The notes under the pieces were generated by a model. It was not told where the DNA came from, did no database searches, and worked only from the letters and a program-made list of their open reading frames with translations. Made by a program: the position numbers and the translations under genes. Of a stretch of 20,000 nucleotides of DNA, positions 1 through 7,868 are shown piece by piece. Every line of letters starts with the position of its first letter. The first letter of the stretch is position 1. The DNA comes from an uncultured virus (IMG/VR IMGVR_UViG_3300031132_000335) (Duplodnaviria; Heunggongvirae; Uroviricota; Caudoviricetes): the IMG/VR virus record IMGVR_UViG_3300031132_000335; one strand, given 5' to 3'.

Positions 1-309
1 AACATCAGTCACTTCCCAGCCCTCATGGTAGATGTGGTCGCCAACCTTCACCTGCTCAGCACGGATAAGGTTCGGCTCTTCCACGAAAGTAACGTCTTCC
101 GCCTTGTAGCCTGCACGGGCGCGAATGGTGAACTTGTTGTGAGCGTCGCAGTCGTAGAGGGAGTAACCGTTGTCTACGGCCAGACCAAGGTACACCCGAC
201 CTTCATGGAGAATGACCTTCGTGATGGTGTTACGAAGATGCAGGCCCAGCTTGTCTCCAACGCGGAGCTGGTCTGCGCGGACTTCCTGGACGGCGGTCAT
301 TGTGGTCAT
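1..309 (-). CDS. Hypothetical protein, truncated by the window edge, with two 'RAxQ(L/V)xVGD' repeats (small beta-barrel/SH3-like, tentative)
   Basis: Not in the ORF track. Manual translation from ATG at 309: MTTMTAVQEVRADQLRVGDKLGLHLRNTITKVILHEG...NLIRAEQVKVGDHIYHEGWEVTDV, open to position 1. RBS AAGGAG upstream and a minus-strand promoter TTGCGC-N17-TATGCT. Confidence 0.8.
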   Translation of the reverse strand, partial: MTTMTAVQEVRADQLRVGDKLGLHLRNTITKVILHEGRVYLGLAVDNGYSLYDCDAHNKFTIRARAGYKAEDVTFVEEPNLIRAEQVKVGDHIYHEGWEVTDV

Positions 310-403
310 GATGTCTTCTCCTTGTTTAAAAGTTGACTGTCTACATCAGCATACACGGTATGAACAAGATGCGCAACTCTTTCTCATTTTTCTTTTTGTC
401 TTC

Positions 404-432
404 TTGACAAGAACTGCGGCTTGGCATAGCTT
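404..432 (+). promoter_or_regulatory. Sigma-A-type promoter for 476..733, divergent from the promoter of the 1..309 gene
   Basis: TTGACA (404-409), 17-nt spacer, TAGCTT (427-432). Confidence 0.55.
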
Positions 433-475
433 AGGGGATAAGACATCAATCCGCTGATAAAACGAAAGGTTCATC

Positions 476-733
476 ATGAGTAAGTTCCAGAAAATTCTGT
501 ACGGCATCATGGGTATTGTCGCTGTTGCAATGATTAGTTTCACCGTCTACGCGTATGCAGTGCAGGGGTATGACGCTGGTCATCGCATGGTGCACTTAAC
601 AGGAGCTGCCCTTATTCTAACCCTCGGTATTGACCTCATCGTGATGATGGTTGAGTTCAGACAGAAGGAAGCTCAGAATGCCACTCCTCTCCTGTTTGAA
701 TGGGATGAGGATACGAATACGGTTAGTCTGTAA
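476..733 (+). CDS. Small membrane protein (two predicted TM helices)
   Basis: GAAAGG RBS; hydrophobic segments ILYGIMGIVAVAMISFTVYAYAV and LTGAALILTLGIDLIVMMV; followed by a hairpin. Confidence 0.75.
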   Translation: MSKFQKILYGIMGIVAVAMISFTVYAYAVQGYDAGHRMVHLTGAALILTLGIDLIVMMVEFRQKEAQNATPLLFEWDEDTNTVSL

Positions 734-738
734 TGCCT

Positions 739-789
739 ATTCGTCAGGAAGTCAAAGGGACAAACCATATGACTTCCTGACGAATTTTA
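739..789 (+). terminator. Intrinsic terminator hairpin
   Basis: 16-bp perfect inverted repeat ATTCGTCAGGAAGTCA (739-754) / TGACTTCCTGACGAAT (770-785), then T's. Confidence 0.75.
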
Positions 790-864
790 AATTATTTTCC
801 AAACATACCCCCAAAAGAGGGTCATGCTACCGATACTTTCTTCAACACAATGAAGGAGGGCATC

Positions 865-1059
865 ATGTCATTTGAACCAGCAGTTGAGAAGCTTCCAACG
901 GGAGCCATCGTTATCATTTCAGGTGAGTATCAACCAGTTGATGAGCGTGGGAATGAGACAGAAGCCCACACCACATTTTTCGGGTTCGGGGAGACTACTC
1001 CTCAGCTTGGACACACAGCAGAGTGGAAGCTTGCGGAGGCTTTTGACTTTGCCGCCTAA
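865..1059 (+). CDS. Small protein, possibly YjzC-like
   Basis: GAAGGAGG RBS before ATG 865. Pattern TG..V..SGEY..VD.RG......GE..P......W resembles the YjzC family (recognition by eye only). Confidence 0.6.
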   Translation: MSFEPAVEKLPTGAIVIISGEYQPVDERGNETEAHTTFFGFGETTPQLGHTAEWKLAEAFDFAA

Positions 1060-1088
1060 TCCTTAGGGCGTATGGAGTAGCGAGAACG

Positions 1089-1135
1089 AAAATGAGGGGC
1101 GAACCAGAATCAAATGGTTCGCCCCTCATTTTTTT
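1089..1135. terminator. Bidirectional terminator between convergent genes
   Basis: AAAATGAGGGGCGAACCA / TGGTTCGCCCCTCATTTT inverted repeat with A-run before and T-run after. Confidence 0.8.
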
Positions 1136-1139
1136 GTAT

Positions 1140-1691
1140 TCAGGAGTGGTACAAGAATGCTACCTTGTAGCGGTCGTGAATTGCATTCGGCTTCGGACGG
1201 GAAGTGCGCACTTTGAAAGAATTCGTAGTATCCACGCTCGTCGGAACATAGAAAATCAACTCGGAGTCATCGCACCCAAGACGAAGCAGCTCCTGGGTAA
1301 GGGCGCGCTCCACATTCGGCAGAGCATTATTCGCCCATTCCAGACCAAAGTAACGCGTCGCGTTGTTACGAGTTGAGGAAATTGCTGCGATGTCTTCCTC
1401 TGACAGTTCTACCGAAACCTCATGAACGGTGACAATGGTGTCTTCATCTCGGCATACTCGGAGAACAATGCTCTGACCATCAGCCAGCAGAGTACTTTCA
1501 TGGCGACCAACGTAATGCTGAGCCTGCTCAGCAGTCATCAGATTCTCAGGTCCGTTCACGGCTCCTGAGCGCTCATCTTCGTACACAGTGGAAGACTTTT
1601 CCCACTGCTTTACCGCATCTTCCAGAGCATAGCTGCGCATGTAGTGATGCGGTTGATGCTGAATTGTCATTTCGACAGGGTACAAGCTCAT
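1140..1691 (-). CDS. Hypothetical protein (183 aa)
   Basis: AAGGAG RBS, extended -10 TGcTACTGT just upstream on the minus strand, ends at the shared terminator. Confidence 0.75.
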   Translation of the reverse strand: MSLYPVEMTIQHQPHHYMRSYALEDAVKQWEKSSTVYEDERSGAVNGPENLMTAEQAQHYVGRHESTLLADGQSIVLRVCRDEDTIVTVHEVSVELSEEDIAAISSTRNNATRYFGLEWANNALPNVERALTQELLRLGCDDSELIFYVPTSVDTTNSFKVRTSRPKPNAIHDRYKVAFLYHS

Positions 1692-1750
1692 GAAGCTCTC
1701 CTTTTCTCTCAGCTGCTACAGTAGCAAGAGCCTCTGACATTCCCTAACTT

Positions 1751-1795
1751 GTCTCAATTCTGAGACGGAATGCGAAAGTGTCTCAGAATTGAGAC
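1751..1795. repeat. 16-bp perfect inverted repeat whose arms are themselves palindromic (terminator and/or operator pair)
   Basis: GTCTCAATTCTGAGAC (1751-1766) and GTCTCAGAATTGAGAC (1780-1795); each arm is GTCTCA-N4-TGAGAC. Confidence 0.75.
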
Positions 1796-1803
1796 GAAAC
1801 CTA

Positions 1804-2208
1804 TCAATAGAGGGTTTCGTAGCTATACGTTTCAATGTCATCAGCAGGCGTTCCATACAGTTTCTGAACCTTCTTGCAAGCTTCATCACCGTTCTCAGCT
1901 GCAATGTAGCGCCAAATTGAGTCTTCCCCTAGCACTAAGAACATTGTCATGTGTTCCAAAGGTGCAGGGACTTCTGACTCCACGATGGAAGCTTTGAGAA
2001 CTTCCTCAATGGCTCGCTCTGTGGTCATACCATAATCCAGGTATGCATCCATGAATCTGTCTACGTCAACAAGGGCGTAGCGCTTTGGCTTCTCATTCAG
2101 ATTGAGACGCTCTTCCAACTGCTGAGCAAGGTCGTTCTGTCCCATGTCTCGCAGGCGTTCTGCCATCGCCTGAGCTTCCTGCTTATCCGTTGCGTCCCGA
2201 GCCATCAT
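1804..2208 (-). CDS. Hypothetical protein (134 aa)
   Basis: Start overlaps the stop of the upstream gene (ATGA coupling); AGGAG RBS. Confidence 0.75.
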   Translation of the reverse strand: MMARDATDKQEAQAMAERLRDMGQNDLAQQLEERLNLNEKPKRYALVDVDRFMDAYLDYGMTTERAIEEVLKASIVESEVPAPLEHMTMFLVLGEDSIWRYIAAENGDEACKKVQKLYGTPADDIETYSYETLY

Positions 2209-2663
2209 GCACGCTCCTGAATGAAACGCTCAGCGCACACCATGACCGTTTGAGCCTTCAACCCGAACTGAGTCAGAGTGTAGCTATCACTCTCCGCATA
2301 ATGTGCCAGCTCTTGGATGGAGGAGAAGACGTTTAGCGCGTCCAGAGCTTTATCGCCCAGGTCAGCGATTTCCAGAAGATGGAACTCAAACTCAGGGTTG
2401 TGGTTGACCATCTCTAATGCGACCTGAGCCACCTCAGGATGCTTAGCCAGAACCTGATTCGTAGTGCCAAGGTACTGCTGGAAGGCAGCGGGAAGAGTCA
2501 CGAAGTCAGGACGAGCCTTAACAAGATTTTTTGCGTCAGCATGCAGATTTGAGACGAGCCAGTGGAACTCTTTGTCCTCCTGGATTGCGGAGAAAAGCTC
2601 AGCAAGGCTAGCTGTTGATTGATCGGAAGCAGACATAAAAATCCTTACATTTGATGATTGCAA
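2205..2663 (-). CDS. Hypothetical protein (152 aa, TTG start)
   Basis: GAGGAG RBS 5 nt before TTG; coupled to the downstream gene. Confidence 0.7.
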   Translation of the reverse strand: MQSSNVRIFMSASDQSTASLAELFSAIQEDKEFHWLVSNLHADAKNLVKARPDFVTLPAAFQQYLGTTNQVLAKHPEVAQVALEMVNHNPEFEFHLLEIADLGDKALDALNVFSSIQELAHYAESDSYTLTQFGLKAQTVMVCAERFIQERA

Positions 2664-2730
2664 TATCGCTCCTCATCATAACACATCTGCTGGGAAAAGA
2701 CAACCTTGCTTGCCACGTTAGGAATCCCTC

Positions 2731-3723
2731 ATGACCAACATGCACATTGCACTCCGCGGCCCACGTAAAGATGAGTGGGTATCTTGTGACGCAAAGAAGC
2801 GTTGCCGAAACAGCCGGCTACATGTTACTCCTGAACAACTCCACGCTATTCAAGCATGGAAAGGCAGCAACACAGCAATCACTGAAAGCGATGTTCTCCA
2901 TTACACGAAAGAACTCAACTCTGGCGACCCTATTACCTTGATCGAAGCTGGACGAGCTCATCAGGAACGTGAGCGCCGGTTGCAGGAAATCCAGAAGCAG
3001 TTCCTCCCAGTTCAAAAAGTTCGTGAGAGTACCGCCCGTCAAGTTACAGCGGAGCAAGCTTCTGCTTGGGTGAACTCGCTCACTGAGGAGGAGAAGGAGG
3101 CTCTGACGGATTTCAGCCGGTGGGACTCAAACGAGACGAACCTCTACTTCTACAAAGACGATTTCCGTGAAGCGTTCGACAGTTATAACCTGCTTGCATA
3201 CCCCGGTGCATACACCTCAAAGTCTGAACCGGAGCAAATGAAGTTGATGAGAGCGTACCGTCAAAAACTTCTAGACCGTGTAGCTCATATGGATGCAGCT
3301 CTAGGTAAAGAGACCCCATTCTCCGATGGTGTCCTGTTGTACCGAGGAGATGATGTCCCGTACACAGAAAATGAGAGTAAAGACATGCTGGAAGTCATTC
3401 GTGCAGCGTATCCGATTGGTTCCACCTACTCCCGTAGTTCATTCATGTCCACTTCATCCAATCCAGTAGTTGCTGGAGAGTTCGCTCGGTCGTTTGTGTT
3501 TGAGATTCTCACTGACCGAGGCGGACCTATCCAGGATTTAGCTCATGTGCAACGAGAAGAGGAAGTCATCCTCCCTCGTAATGAAGAGTACGAAGTTGTA
3601 GCTGTGCACCCAAACGTAAAGTACCGCGACACTCAGTACAATTGGCGTGTGGAGACGATGGTGGAAAAAGACATCAAAGAGTACACAGTCGTGCAGTTGG
3701 TGTCCAAGCGACTCCTGCCTTGA
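2731..3723 (+). CDS. ADP-ribosyltransferase, R-S-E clade (VIP2/C2/Alt-like), with an N-terminal Cys/His module
   Basis: Motifs LLYRG, FMSTSSNP and REEEVILPRN (ExE), preceded by the typical 'LTEEEKEAL..F....S..TN.Y' helix. N-terminus H...G....W..C.A...C....H. Confidence 0.85.
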   Translation: MTNMHIALRGPRKDEWVSCDAKKRCRNSRLHVTPEQLHAIQAWKGSNTAITESDVLHYTKELNSGDPITLIEAGRAHQERERRLQEIQKQFLPVQKVRESTARQVTAEQASAWVNSLTEEEKEALTDFSRWDSNETNLYFYKDDFREAFDSYNLLAYPGAYTSKSEPEQMKLMRAYRQKLLDRVAHMDAALGKETPFSDGVLLYRGDDVPYTENESKDMLEVIRAAYPIGSTYSRSSFMSTSSNPVVAGEFARSFVFEILTDRGGPIQDLAHVQREEEVILPRNEEYEVVAVHPNVKYRDTQYNWRVETMVEKDIKEYTVVQLVSKRLLP

Positions 3724-3762
3724 ATCATGATAAGATGATGTCTGCATTTTGAACAGACGGAG

Positions 3763-3996
3763 ATGATGATGGCACTATGTGATGCTTGGTATGCAGTTAC
3801 TGCTCATGCAGGTGGAAGTGACCTTGTTCAGTGTGTGAAACCGATGAGCCATGAAGAACTGGTGGAAGGTAAGCACTACTCTCGTACTGAGATTGCACGA
3901 AAGAAGTCCCACCTTTGGGTTTCACGAGATGGCACAGATAGAGAAAGCTGGTCTGAGTCTGAGACGCATTCTCATCGTGAGCCGTTGCCTTCTTGA
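3763..3996 (+). CDS. Small hypothetical protein, possible Cys/His metal binding
   Basis: Extended -10 TGaTAAGAT (3728-3736), GGAG RBS; C...C....H......H...H.W pattern. Confidence 0.6.
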   Translation: MMMALCDAWYAVTAHAGGSDLVQCVKPMSHEELVEGKHYSRTEIARKKSHLWVSRDGTDRESWSESETHSHREPLPS

Positions 3997-4021
3997 CGGA
4001 GGTAACCAAATATGCTATGAT
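3993..4021 (+). promoter_or_regulatory. Near-consensus sigma-A promoter
   Basis: TTGACG (3993-3998), 17 nt, TATGAT (4016-4021) with TG extension. Confidence 0.7.
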
Positions 4022-4050
4022 ATTGACATCACATCTATGAGGAGAAAATC

Positions 4051-4254
4051 ATGGTTATCGTCTACATCATTCTAGCGCTTTCCGTTCCTGCCATCGCTTA
4101 TTACGTCCACTTGGCTTCTATTGCAGCTTCTGAGAGCAAAGTGAAGGTTGCTGAATTGCAGACTCAGGCAGCTCGGGAGCAGGCAGCTGCTGACCTGGCG
4201 CGAGCAGAGGCTGATAAAATGAAGGTGGAAGAGATGCGCTTGCAGCGTCTCTGA
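4051..4254 (+). CDS. Small single-pass membrane protein with coiled-coil tail
   Basis: GAGGAG RBS; hydrophobic N-terminus, Ala/Glu/Lys-rich tail. Confidence 0.75.
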   Translation: MVIVYIILALSVPAIAYYVHLASIAASESKVKVAELQTQAAREQAAADLARAEADKMKVEEMRLQRL

Positions 4255-4268
4255 GATGAAGAGCGTAG

Positions 4269-4308
4269 GGCAGGTAAACTTTTGAACATGAAAGTTTGCC
4301 TGCCTTTT
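4269..4308 (+). terminator. Intrinsic terminator insulating cassette 1
   Basis: GGCAGGTAAACTTT / AAAGTTTGCCTGCC stem (one G-U) followed by TTTT. Confidence 0.75.
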
Positions 4309-4317
4309 CATTTGAGC

Positions 4318-4326
4318 TGATATACT
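4318..4326 (+). promoter_or_regulatory. Extended -10 promoter of cassette 1
   Basis: TGaTATACT, 6 nt before the conserved TGGC start of the leader; identical spacing in all three cassettes. Confidence 0.7.
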
Positions 4327-4332
4327 TTGTAA

Positions 4333-4470
4333 TGGCGGGTCAACATTCGCCTGTCTTAGATGCTGCTTCTCCTACGCAGGAATCGCATCGCTAAGAGCAA
4401 GGTCTTCCACTCAGATCGTGTTGATAAGTTCAACCTTCATGACAGAGTACACATGGTTGGGCGTAGGGCA
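4333..4470 (+). ncRNA. Candidate structured leader RNA, copy 1 (double pseudoknot)
   Basis: Shares blocks GTCTT-AGATGC, CTCCTACGC, AGAGCAAGGTC, AGATCGTGT, GTTCAAC, CATGA and GCGTAGG with copies 2 and 3. TCAACAT (4340-4346) pairs GTGTTGA (4418-4424); CCTACGC (4371-4377) pairs GCGTAGG (4461-4467). Confidence 0.75.
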
Positions 4471-4487
4471 ATCATGGCAGGAAAATC

Positions 4488-6557
4488 ATGACGAAAAATA
4501 CGAACAAGAAAAAGCGTGTCCGCAAGCAGATGGAACGCTCACAGACGAATTACCTTTCAGCAGCTCGGGTCTTACAGCAGAAAAGCCCTACGAAGCGGGT
4601 TCCCACTCCTTGGAGTCTCCTCAACAAGAGTCTACTTGGTGGTGGGCTAACAGTTGGTGTGCATGCTATCTCTATGCCAGAGGAACTGCATGGGAAGATG
4701 ACCCGTGAAGCTTTTGACCAAAGAGCAATAAATGTACTTTTCTTGGAAACGGGCTACGAATACCGGGACAAGGAAAGCTATCAGAACTTTACAGGGTCTT
4801 CACGCTATGTGCAGGCTCTCAAAGATAACCCTTCTGGTAAAGCCAAAAACATCACTACGCATTACGGCTTTGAGACAATTGATATTCCTCTGGATGAATG
4901 GAGCAAGAACATAGAGGCCGAACTTGTGAACATGGCTCCTCGTCTGCTCGTCATTAGCAGCCGAAGCTATGAAGGCATTAACCAGGACCATGGAGCTGTC
5001 ACCCAAGTTTACATTGAGCAGTTGAAGCGTATCTCTCACCGATTTCAAATTCCAGTTGTCGTTGTCTACGGCACTAATGCTGAAAAATATACGGTGGAAG
5101 ATATCTCTCAGGAATCACTAAATTCTTCTATCATCGGTATTCCTGATGAGAATGAGACGCAAGTTGTCGCAGCGTTTGAAGTCGTCTCGAATAACGAACC
5201 AGTAGTTGCTACCCCTTGGGATAGTTTGAATACACTATTGAAAGGCGGTTATCGCGCTGGGTTCCATACCTTGACTTTGACAGAAGAGCAGCGACTCGGA
5301 GCCGTACGGGCACTTCAAGACAACAAAGAAGTTCGCGTTCTACTTGTCTCAGACTGGAAAGACAACCAGTATTTATCCATGTCCCTGGCAACCAGAGGAG
5401 AACAAGAGCAGCTGTGGATTCATAAGCCCCAAAACCACAAGTACCCTGTACTAGACGAGTGGGTTGACAACCTTGTTGCTGACTTCAAAGTCTATGAACC
5501 AGACATACTGGTTGTGGACATGTTCAAAAACCTGTACGAACATTATGGGCGCAGCAACGGCACAATGATACAGGCGTACGCGGACAAGCTTGATTACATT
5601 GCAAAAAAGTTCAGTCTTCCTATCGTTGCCCTAAGAGTTGATGAATCTGAGCACCTCCATACTGACACTATAAGGTACCGCAGACTCACCTCAGCTGTAA
5701 CCGCTGAGGTTGACGAAGTGGACTCATCGCGTCTTTCAGAGTTTAGGTTTGATGTTCCCCGTCAACAGGACGCTTCCTCCCGAGTGACTTTGCCTTGGGA
5801 AAGCGTCAACCAGTTGTATCAAAAAGACGGAACAGCTGGGCTACAGCCTGGCTTGCATATTTGGGCCAGCTCTTACCACTTCAACCTCGAGGATATCGCG
5901 GCTATTGCAGCGTACGATGGGAATCAAGGTAGTCTCATGTTCACAGCACTGGGAGAATTCAACAACAAGACCTACAAAAACGAAATCTTCATGAAACGCG
6001 ACATTCCAGTTTTTCAGCTTGAAGACCATACCATTCGGGGAGCGTATAATCCTACTTTATTGCAACATCTTGACAAAGAGCAGCTTTTAGGATTTATCAG
6101 CAAAGAAAAGACACGAAAGTATCCAACGCAGTTATTAGTACTGAACCAAAGTCTGACTAACACTCCTGTCGCTGAAATTATTGAAAAAGGGGAGAATTTG
6201 GATATTGCATGGTCTGACGATAGCAAAGCTGGACGAGAAGCTACTCGGGTAGCCCGCAGAGTTTGGACGGAAGACTTATTCCATCAACTTCACAAGCTTG
6301 CGGTTGAACAGTCGTTCCCTATCCTTCTCCTTGAAGAAATTGCGGGAGTAGGTGAGACCTCCGTAGAATCAATCGTGGATGAGTCACTCGCAGCACTCCA
6401 GAAGCAGTTACACATTACAGATAGTGCGTTGGAGCAGGTGGCAACCTTTACCTATGTGTCCCCTCATAATACTCCTGACAAAGCTATTCGTTTCACTCAG
6501 GCCACTGGGAAGCAAGCAGGCGAGTCAGCTCTTGTTCCTTGGAACGAACTCTATTAG
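4488..6557 (+). CDS. Basic N-terminal peptide plus three tandem degenerate DnaB/RecA-like ATPase-fold domains (no Walker A)
   Basis: Three domain starts (TPWSLLNKSLLGGGLTVGVH, TPWDSLNTLLKGGYRAGFH, LPWESVNQLY..GLQPGLH) and three 'L..I/L....xP(V/I)hhh' motifs (LKRISHRFQIPVVVV, LDYIAKKFSLPIVAL, LHKLAVEQSFPILLL). No GKS/T. Confidence 0.75.
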   Translation: MTKNTNKKKRVRKQMERSQTNYLSAARVLQQKSPTKRVPTPWSLLNKSLLGGGLTVGVHAISMPEELHGKMTREAFDQRAINVLFLETGYEYRDKESYQNFTGSSRYVQALKDNPSGKAKNITTHYGFETIDIPLDEWSKNIEAELVNMAPRLLVISSRSYEGINQDHGAVTQVYIEQLKRISHRFQIPVVVVYGTNAEKYTVEDISQESLNSSIIGIPDENETQVVAAFEVVSNNEPVVATPWDSLNTLLKGGYRAGFHTLTLTEEQRLGAVRALQDNKEVRVLLVSDWKDNQYLSMSLATRGEQEQLWIHKPQNHKYPVLDEWVDNLVADFKVYEPDILVVDMFKNLYEHYGRSNGTMIQAYADKLDYIAKKFSLPIVALRVDESEHLHTDTIRYRRLTSAVTAEVDEVDSSRLSEFRFDVPRQQDASSRVTLPWESVNQLYQKDGTAGLQPGLHIWASSYHFNLEDIAAIAAYDGNQGSLMFTALGEFNNKTYKNEIFMKRDIPVFQLEDHTIRGAYNPTLLQHLDKEQLLGFISKEKTRKYPTQLLVLNQSLTNTPVAEIIEKGENLDIAWSDDSKAGREATRVARRVWTEDLFHQLHKLAVEQSFPILLLEEIAGVGETSVESIVDESLAALQKQLHITDSALEQVATFTYVSPHNTPDKAIRFTQATGKQAGESALVPWNELY

Positions 6558-6579
6558 TAGCAGATGTCGGTAAAGGACG

Positions 6580-6614
6580 GGGAGTTCCAGAGCGGTTAGC
6601 TGGAACTCCCTTTT
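6580..6614 (+). terminator. Intrinsic terminator between cassettes 1 and 2
   Basis: GGGAGTTCCAG / CTGGAACTCCC 11-bp stem followed by TTTT. Confidence 0.8.
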
Positions 6615-6635
6615 ATGCGTTCAAAATCAATAGTC

Positions 6636-6644
6636 TGCTATCCT
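6636..6644 (+). promoter_or_regulatory. Extended -10 promoter of cassette 2
   Basis: TGcTATCCT, 6 nt before TGGC (6651). Confidence 0.65.
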
Positions 6645-6650
6645 GTTTTC

Positions 6651-6777
6651 TGGCAGCCAACACCTGCCCGTCTTAGATGCACTCCTCCTACGCAGGGAGC
6701 ATTGGTTAGAGCAAGGTCCCGTATAGATCGTGTTGGTTGTTCAACTTCCATGACCTATGACAGTTGAGCGTAGGTCA
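6651..6777 (+). ncRNA. Candidate structured leader RNA, copy 2 (double pseudoknot)
   Basis: GGCAG/CTGCC hairpin with loop CCAACAC (6657-6663) pairing GTGTTGG (6730-6736); loop CCTACGC (6687-6693) pairing GCGTAGG (6768-6774); TCAACT/AGTTGA stem. Confidence 0.8.
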
Positions 6778-6796
6778 ATTGTCGTTTGGATGAATC

Positions 6797-7672
6797 ATGA
6801 CGAAGAACACCCGCACCAAAGAAACCGTCCGCGCCCGTATGGCTATCACTGGGGAGAACTACCTCACTGCCTATCGCGCTCTGTTTGAGACAAATCATTA
6901 CCTTACTCCGTGGGATGACATCAACCAATTCCTTGATGGTGGGTTGCGACCTGGGCTGCATGTAGTCGCATCTGCTAGTCTGGAACCAGCAGCAGGAGCG
7001 ATCATGGGCTTAGTGACTCAGAACCACTGGAAAACATTCATGCATAGTGCAGCTTCTGTATGGGGAGAGCTGGGTCCTCGCTGGGAGGGAATGGCTCAAG
7101 TCTATGGCGGAGAAAATCGCTTAGATGACATCCGCAATGAAACAGGGAGTACCTCAACGCGACCAAAATACCTCACATTCAGAGGAATTGGTGGAAGACA
7201 CAAAGGCAGTAGCAGTAATTACTTTGATTGGCAGAACTCTATTCAGGACTTCCTCATTGGTATGCGTGAAAACTGTCTCGAGTTTCAATCAGAAGTTTTA
7301 GTGCTAGACTATTACCAAATCCTTACCAAAGGTCATACAAAAGACGATTACCAAGAACTTGCTGAGGGATTACAAAAACTTTCCCGTGAACTCAATATTC
7401 CTGTCATCCTGCAAACCCAATTGAGCACAAACGCCAATAGTCAGCCTTCTGATTGGTCTTCCTTGCGCGGTGATTATGGGATGCTCAATGAATATGCAGA
7501 CACCATCATGACATTCGCATCCTTCTACACCCAAGCATACAATAGCCGTGGACCAAAAGACGGAGTATTTGGCGAAGAAGACCTTGTGCGATGGGTAAAA
7601 ATTAGCGTCGACAAAACCGCCCATGGAATGACTGGGGAGACACTCCTACAAAAAGAGAAATTCCTCGCGTAA
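6797..7672 (+). CDS. Basic N-terminal peptide plus DnaB C-terminal-like domain, probably catalytically inactive
   Basis: TPWDDINQFLDGGLRPGLHVV, LVLDYYQIL, LQKLSRELNIPVILQTQLS, ADTIM. Walker A position reads ASASLEPAAGA and the KNRxG arginine finger reads KTAHG. Confidence 0.8.
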   Translation: MTKNTRTKETVRARMAITGENYLTAYRALFETNHYLTPWDDINQFLDGGLRPGLHVVASASLEPAAGAIMGLVTQNHWKTFMHSAASVWGELGPRWEGMAQVYGGENRLDDIRNETGSTSTRPKYLTFRGIGGRHKGSSSNYFDWQNSIQDFLIGMRENCLEFQSEVLVLDYYQILTKGHTKDDYQELAEGLQKLSRELNIPVILQTQLSTNANSQPSDWSSLRGDYGMLNEYADTIMTFASFYTQAYNSRGPKDGVFGEEDLVRWVKISVDKTAHGMTGETLLQKEKFLA

Positions 7673-7702
7673 CAGCATTTTCTGCGCCGTTTAGGAGGAC
7701 CG

Positions 7703-7711
7703 TGCTATCAT
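7703..7711 (+). promoter_or_regulatory. Extended -10 promoter of cassette 3
   Basis: TGcTATCAT, 6 nt before TGGC (7718). Confidence 0.7.
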
Positions 7712-7717
7712 AAAGGC

Positions 7718-7849
7718 TGGCAGCAGACATCTGCCCGTCTTTAGATGCAGGTCCTCCTACGCGGGAAGCATTGACAAGAGCAAGGTCTCAAATAGATCGT
7801 GTCAGTTGTTCAACTCACCATGAAACCCATGACGGTTGAGCGTAGGTCA
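7718..7849 (+). ncRNA. Candidate structured leader RNA, copy 3 (double pseudoknot)
   Basis: GGCAG/CTGCC hairpin with loop CAGACAT (7724-7730) pairing GTGTCAG (7799-7805, one A-A mismatch); loop CCTACGC (7756-7762) pairing GCGTAGG (7840-7846). Confidence 0.8.
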
Positions 7850-7868
7850 ATTGTCGTTTGGATGAATC

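Noticed and set aside
25..457. Plus-strand ORFs 25..336 and 170..457
   Set aside because: Shadows of the minus-strand gene 1..309, which has the RBS and promoter.
4263..4272. GCGTAGGGCA identical to 4461-4470 of leader copy 1
   Set aside because: Only 10 nt, overlaps the upstream terminator stem and lies before the predicted transcription start; no equivalent precedes copies 2 or 3.
4418..4708. ORF starting inside leader copy 1 as a possible leader peptide
   Set aside because: No RBS, out of frame with the main gene, and I could not support an equivalent conserved peptide in copies 2 and 3.
4333..7849. Reading the three conserved noncoding copies as a CRISPR array or IS ends
   Set aside because: Copies are ~130 nt, separated by whole genes, in direct orientation, with no spacers, cas genes, transposase or target-site duplications.
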